This document shows positions 59,304 to 64,000 of a DNA stretch of 64,000 bases, piece by piece. The notes under the pieces are model-generated. The model worked only from the letters and a program-made list of their open reading frames with translations. It searched no databases and was not told the origin of the DNA. Numbering within the stretch: position 1 is the stretch's first letter; every line of letters begins with the position of its first letter. This DNA comes from Candidatus Heimdallarchaeota archaeon (GTDB lineage Archaea; Asgardarchaeota; Heimdallarchaeia; Hodarchaeales; Hodarchaeaceae): contig CP070695.1 of the NCBI GenBank assembly GCA_020353515.1, positions 1,674,050 through 1,738,049 of the forward strand, read 5' to 3'. The translations under genes were made by a program, and so were the position numbers.

Positions 59304-60476
59304 TTAGGAAGGTAAGAAAGGGAAACATTCCGCAACAATTGTGGAAGCGGTTGCATGATCCTTTGGATCTATAACCACGCTTTTTGCCAGTAATTCTTCA
59401 AATTTAGTTACGAATTTTACAGAAAAAGTGTTTAGAGCTGTTGTTAACGATCTTGATGTTTTTGCTGTAAGTAATACGAACGAAAAATTCTTATGGCGTT
59501 CTATGATCAGAATAGCTTCATCTAGATGGATCTCGCGGACATTTGCTTGTTTTAATGATTCAGTTAAAATTGTGCTAATTCCTTCTTTCATTTCAGTAAA
59601 GACTATCTCTGATGTGGGATCGTCTTCCCTACTAATCCACTGATGAGAGAAAAGAGGAACTCCCTTTTCATTAAAGACCCCTAATCTTGAGGTCTTGTAA
59701 GGAAGGATGAATAACATTCCTGGTTGATAGAGTAGTGTACCAGCCATTAATAATATTCCTATTGCAAATGATAATTCATTAATGCCTAATCCTGCTTGAA
59801 TTAACTGTGTGGCAGTGTTAAAAACAGGAATCGCCCCAGCAAGGATGGTTCCCACCAAAATTACGAGAGCAAATCTTTGTAAATTCTCTGGACTATTTAT
59901 ATAAAGTTTTAATGCATAATAAATCCATAAGAAAGCCCACAGGAACTGAAGCATTACTGAAGCAAAATATGTGTATGGTGAGATATCTTTTGGACCTTGT
60001 CCTGGTGCTAATGCCGCGATGATGACCGTAGTAGATATTAAACCTAGTATTCCTGTCTTAATTGGATCAATTGATGTTCTATTGATCGAATCAACTAATA
60101 TTATGAGAAATAGCGCTGTTGGAAGGAGACTAAACAAGCCAATTAAGCCTAGGAAATGAGATAACATGACTGGAGAAGAGAAAATTACAATATTTATTCC
60201 AAAAAAATCTAGGAAATCGGAGAGGATTGGGAGGTTTGAAAATATTCCAACCTCGGTATCAAGCGTATTAATTCCTGGTACAACTAGGTCAAACTTAATA
60301 CATGTTGATACAACCGTAAGGATTAACCATACTGCAATTCCACACCAATTAAGGGCTATGTACAGGAATTGCTTATATTTCACCTGTAGAAACCGATAAA
60401 ACGAAAGGATTGTCGCGGTGATTAATACTAAAATAGTAAAACTGCTGATGATTATTTCTAATGGTATTTCTGCCAT
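59304..60476 (-). CDS. 7-TM membrane protein fused to C-terminal longin domain
   Basis: Seven hydrophobic segments in aa 1-250, then RLGVFNEKGVPLFSHQW...GISTILTESL..ANVREIHLDEAILII...FVLLT...LTTALNTF..KF. Confidence 0.82.
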   Translation of the reverse strand: MAEIPLEIIISSFTILVLITATILSFYRFLQVKYKQFLYIALNWCGIAVWLILTVVSTCIKFDLVVPGINTLDTEVGIFSNLPILSDFLDFFGINIVIFSSPVMLSHFLGLIGLFSLLPTALFLIILVDSINRTSIDPIKTGILGLISTTVIIAALAPGQGPKDISPYTYFASVMLQFLWAFLWIYYALKLYINSPENLQRFALVILVGTILAGAIPVFNTATQLIQAGLGINELSFAIGILLMAGTLLYQPGMLFILPYKTSRLGVFNEKGVPLFSHQWISREDDPTSEIVFTEMKEGISTILTESLKQANVREIHLDEAILIIERHKNFSFVLLTAKTSRSLTTALNTFSVKFVTKFEELLAKSVVIDPKDHATASTIVAECFPFLPS

Positions 60477-60575
60477 TATTTAATTACCCTACAAATGTAT
60501 TATTTTTACTTCTTAAATATTTATGACACATAACTGAATTATTTAGATGTTCTCCCAATCCCTGTACTAAGGGGT

Positions 60576-61640
60576 CTATCTGCTTTTCATAAATAGTTTT
60601 ATTAATTGTTTTTCCATTCTGTTTAATACTTCGTTTGTGAAATTAGAAATGTCAGTATTTTCTCCAATTACTGACTTGAAAATATCACAAATTTCGTTTT
60701 TCTTGACTATAATTATGTGGTCAAGCTTTTTTGGGTAAAAAAAGAGTAATGCTGCTGGAACAAATCCCCCAATCTTGGATACTCTTAAATCTTCAACACT
60801 ATCATCTCTAACATTCATCCAATATGAGATAAAGTTCCATTCCCTCACTGGCTCTTTAAGTTGTTGAATCTCTTTCACTCTTGTAATTGGTATTGGGCCA
60901 TACATGGTTTCAGTTTTTCCTTGTTGGTACTGGACAGCACTGTATTCCAACATTGATTGGATTTGATGGAGAGAGAATGGGCAGTTGTCATTCGTATACT
61001 TACTAATCAGCCCTTGATCTGTGAAAGAACCGAAACCAAGTCCTATCTTAAGATCTTTAAGGTTTTTCAAGTTTACAGTACTTTTTGTTGAATATCTCCG
61101 CTTGCGATAAAGGATTGGACCAATTAAAATGATTATAATTGTACAGAACAGAAGGAGTGTTAACGCAAATCTTATTTCTGGTGTTAGTTCATTTTGGACT
61201 TTGACTAGAACCTCCGGGCTTTCACTAGTTAATCCTACAGAACATCGAGCTTCGACTTTGATATAATAATCTCCCCATTTGCTATTTCTTGTGTCCCAAT
61301 CGTAGTAAGTTGTCTGAATATCATTTTTCAGGGCTCTCCAGTCTAAACCATGTTGACAATAGAAGACAGTGTATAGAACAGTATGTCCTTGTGAGTCAAT
61401 CGCTTCAGTCCATTTAATCCGTATTATTCCAAGGAGGATTTCGTCACCAGTTGGATAGATAATGGTTGGAGGAGTTAACTGGTGTTCCTGTAAAGTTTCT
61501 TGAACGTTCAATAAACAAGATCCGTTTGAGTATTTTTTCGTGTCAGAATTGTGACATTCTCTAAACACGAAATTTAGAAGCATTAGATGAGCTGGAAAAA
61601 GCAACAAGCCTAGAAATATATAGATTACTCGATTTTTCAC
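60576..61640 (-). CDS. Single-pass receptor-like protein: signal, FN3/Ig-like ectodomain, TM, cytosolic longin/uDENN-like domain
   Basis: PTIIYP...IKWTEAIDSQG..VLYTVFY...YYDWDT...YYIKVEA; TM followed by RKRR; cytosolic domain shared with the upstream gene. Confidence 0.8.
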   Translation of the reverse strand: MKNRVIYIFLGLLLFPAHLMLLNFVFRECHNSDTKKYSNGSCLLNVQETLQEHQLTPPTIIYPTGDEILLGIIRIKWTEAIDSQGHTVLYTVFYCQHGLDWRALKNDIQTTYYDWDTRNSKWGDYYIKVEARCSVGLTSESPEVLVKVQNELTPEIRFALTLLLFCTIIIILIGPILYRKRRYSTKSTVNLKNLKDLKIGLGFGSFTDQGLISKYTNDNCPFSLHQIQSMLEYSAVQYQQGKTETMYGPIPITRVKEIQQLKEPVREWNFISYWMNVRDDSVEDLRVSKIGGFVPAALLFFYPKKLDHIIIVKKNEICDIFKSVIGENTDISNFTNEVLNRMEKQLIKLFMKSR

Positions 61641-61659
61641 ATTTTATCCAATCTACGGT

Positions 61660-62385
61660 TCAAAATAATGAGAGAAATTGGATATCCTCTTCAATACGCG
61701 CTATTTTCTCTGGTATTAAGTCGGAAACCTGGGAGATGTTGTTGGTTGCAGATTTAAAAGAGTTCATAATAAGTTTTTTCTTCAACAGAATCGAAGAGTC
61801 AAGTTGTTCTGGATAATAAAGTAAAAAAATCCCTAAGACTCCCCCGTCTTTTAGATAGGTTTCTAAAGCCTTGAAATCATACAATCTATCTTTTATTCGG
61901 AAACCATAAGAAACATAATGCATTTCTTCTTGTGAAGAATTTCTCATGGGAAAAGGTCCAATTATGCTTCCTATATCTCCATGTAAAACAGAAACTGCAC
62001 TATATTCTAACATTGAATGAAGCTGAGGTTCATTAAAAGGACAATACTCACTTCTTCCGAGGATTCTTGTTCCCTTATTGGTTAAAGAACCTAAACATAG
62101 CCCTATCTTTACATTTCTGGTTTCTAATCGTGATTCTAAAGTTTTCCCTCTTGGTAATACGAAAAACTTTTTCCAAATAATTACTCCTGAAGTAAGAACA
62201 AGAATAGTCAGTGGTAGAAGAATATAAGCAATGGATATATAAGAAATTGAAGGATCAGTGAGAAGAGGAAGCCAGAAATCAGCAAAAAAAATCATAACCA
62301 TGATTATAGAAATACAAAAAACGATAAAAATCCCTATTATGATCTGAGGAATTTTCTCTTTCTCCATTTTTTTCCCTTTTTTCAT
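61660..62385 (-). CDS. 2-TM protein with the same cytosolic domain as 60576-61640
   Basis: Shared KIGL..GS.T..G, CPF...Q..SMLEYSAV, GP.P, SY....D, YP..LD. Confidence 0.8.
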   Translation of the reverse strand: MKKGKKMEKEKIPQIIIGIFIVFCISIIMVMIFFADFWLPLLTDPSISYISIAYILLPLTILVLTSGVIIWKKFFVLPRGKTLESRLETRNVKIGLCLGSLTNKGTRILGRSEYCPFNEPQLHSMLEYSAVSVLHGDIGSIIGPFPMRNSSQEEMHYVSYGFRIKDRLYDFKALETYLKDGGVLGIFLLYYPEQLDSSILLKKKLIMNSFKSATNNISQVSDLIPEKIARIEEDIQFLSLF

Positions 62386-62588
62386 AGTAAGGTATTAAAA
62401 ATCATTATCAAAATTATACATTAGTCTATAATGCGTTTTGAGAAAGCCTGATTGGTTTATTAAACTTGAAAAGTTATGATTTCACCTTTTATAATTCTAT
62501 CTCATATTCAGCTCTCAAAATTTCATCTAGAATTCCTTTATCCAAAATTTTTAGAAGAAGCATGTTTGTGTCTCACTTGGTTTTGATA

Positions 62589-62909
62589 ATGAATTCATCC
62601 CATAAATGTCCCCGTTGTGGTAATAGAAGAATAGCTGGTCCACATCGATTACACGCGCATGGTCATCTGTCCATAGACTTACCTGGATCTAAAACAGCTA
62701 CTCTTGAATGTCTTACTTGTTCCGAATGTGGGTATACGGAGTTTTATGCTGATAAAAAAGGATTAGAGAATATCAACCAGGTTGGTCGATTCTTGGAGGA
62801 GTCTTCTCCTAAGTCACATTTTTCTTCTGAACGATGGTGCCTCTCGTGTGGCTCTTTAGTCTTTGAGAAGTCTCAGTATTGCCATAAATGTGGCGCACGA
62901 GCGGATTAA
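62589..62909 (+). CDS. Double zinc-ribbon protein
   Basis: Start re-called to MNSSHKCPRCG; CSECGYTEFY; CLSCG...CHKCG. Confidence 0.8.
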   Translation: MNSSHKCPRCGNRRIAGPHRLHAHGHLSIDLPGSKTATLECLTCSECGYTEFYADKKGLENINQVGRFLEESSPKSHFSSERWCLSCGSLVFEKSQYCHKCGARAD

Positions 62910-62914
62910 TCTAA

Positions 62915-63253
62915 TTAAATTGAATCATCATCAATCTTGTTAGATGATGGGTCTTCAAGAATAACACGAATTTCCTTACCTGCCATAAGAGAAGAAGTTA
63001 CTTTTTTGCGAGCGCTATCTAAAATGCGCCAAAAAGTACCTCTACTAATTTTCATTCTCTCAGCCGCATCTTCCTGTGTTAGGTTCTCTTCATCTGATAA
63101 TCTCAAAGCTTCTAATTCAGCAGGTGTTAGGTGAAGGGTTGTTTGCTCCCCGATCTTGGAATAATCCGCATCAATTGCGGGTTGTACTCTCGGGCGGCCA
63201 CCTCGAAATCCCCTTCCTCTTCCCCTCCGTCTTCCATGTCTTGGCTTAGGCAT
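62915..63253 (-). CDS. DUF134 family DNA-binding protein
   Basis: ELEALRLSDEENLTQEDAAERMKISRGTFWRILDSARKKV. Confidence 0.93.
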   Translation of the reverse strand: MPKPRHGRRRGRGRGFRGGRPRVQPAIDADYSKIGEQTTLHLTPAELEALRLSDEENLTQEDAAERMKISRGTFWRILDSARKKVTSSLMAGKEIRVILEDPSSNKIDDDSI

Positions 63254-63268
63254 ATTATCACTTACACT

Positions 63269-63928
63269 TTAAGAGGATAATTTACTTCCAATGGAAGCTA
63301 ATCGTTGTCCTAATAACTCTGCATCTTTCGTTGCAATTGGATCTTCTCTAACAGATCGAAATTTGACTTTTGGTTTTCCTTCCTCAATAGTATCATACAT
63401 CATTGTTCCCATTGGAAAAGGAGCATTAAACCATGGATGTCCAAGTCCACCAACAATTATCATTCCATGCCCTAAAGCAAAGGTTATTAGTGAATTAATA
63501 ACACTTTCTTGCCCCCCAACTCTTAATCCTGATACTGCAATAGCAGAAAAAATCTTTCCAGCCCAAAGTGGCTCAGGCATCTTATTATCTCGAGATCGAT
63601 CAATTACATTCTTCAAAATCCCAGGTGGTCCAGTCCAATAAGAAGGGGAGGCTATGAGTAGTCCTTGATGACCAAGGATTAATTCTTCCAATTTAGGATA
63701 ATCGTCCTGTTTATCTAAGGGACATGGTTTTGTGGTACAAACCTCACATCCATTACATTGTATGAAATTATACTCTGTAAGATTAACTAAGGTAGTTTGA
63801 GCACCTGCCTCTTTAGCACTATTTAAAGCTGTTTTAAGTAGAAAGTAAGAGTTAGATTTTTCAACAGATTTTTTTGGGCTTCCATTAATTCCTAGAAGTT
63901 TGAATGGCATCTCTAGATCTCCTTTCAC
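63269..63928 (-). CDS. Iron-sulfur flavoprotein / flavodoxin-like FMN reductase
   Basis: GINGSP, CNGCEVC...C...DD, ASPSYW, GGQE. Confidence 0.9.
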   Translation of the reverse strand: MKGDLEMPFKLLGINGSPKKSVEKSNSYFLLKTALNSAKEAGAQTTLVNLTEYNFIQCNGCEVCTTKPCPLDKQDDYPKLEELILGHQGLLIASPSYWTGPPGILKNVIDRSRDNKMPEPLWAGKIFSAIAVSGLRVGGQESVINSLITFALGHGMIIVGGLGHPWFNAPFPMGTMMYDTIEEGKPKVKFRSVREDPIATKDAELLGQRLASIGSKLSS

Positions 63929-64000
63929 GATATTTGAATATAATCGTCAAGCTGTGCCGTAACTATTGAAGGCTTTTAAGAAAAATAGTGCACTAGCATA

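Noticed and set aside
62466-62588. N-terminal extension of the zinc-ribbon protein
   Set aside because: Promoter-like AT-rich sequence; the domain begins right after ATG 62589.

Overview
AT-rich chromosomal window, most likely from an Asgard archaeon (Heimdallarchaeia/Hodarchaeales-like). This is inferred from longin/roadblock-domain proteins, an Arf-like small GTPase, a DGGGP synthase, a PGF-CTERM anchor and GGTGA/GAGGTGA Shine-Dalgarno sites. No tRNA, rRNA, CRISPR array or transposase was recognised. The window opens with a >2019-aa secreted Ca2+-binding repeat protein that the ORF track missed because it runs off the left edge. It also holds a split oligopeptide ABC system, hydrolases, twin ferredoxins, a lipid-metabolism cluster (acetoacetate-CoA ligase, DUF35, thiolase-like protein, GK5-like glycerol kinase, DGGGP synthase), an orphan N6-adenine methyltransferase and a divergent Hef-like helicase. 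The strongest candidates for undescribed systems are: (i) 57.5-62.4 kb, three membrane 'receptor + longin/uDENN-like cytosolic domain' genes converging on a TrmB-like regulator and Arf-like GTPase pair; (ii) 48.5-51.9 kb, an unannotated 50-aa pre-peptide (signal peptide plus a ~10-residue tail) heading a longin operon and divergent from a double-Lrp regulator, a layout resembling peptide signalling; (iii) a ~190-nt rod-like structured element beside a very basic microprotein at 53.1-53.5 kb; and (iv) a GC-richer pair of apparently dead enzymes (M50-like membrane protein and HerA/VirB4-like ATPase). All family calls come from motif recognition by eye; no searches were run.
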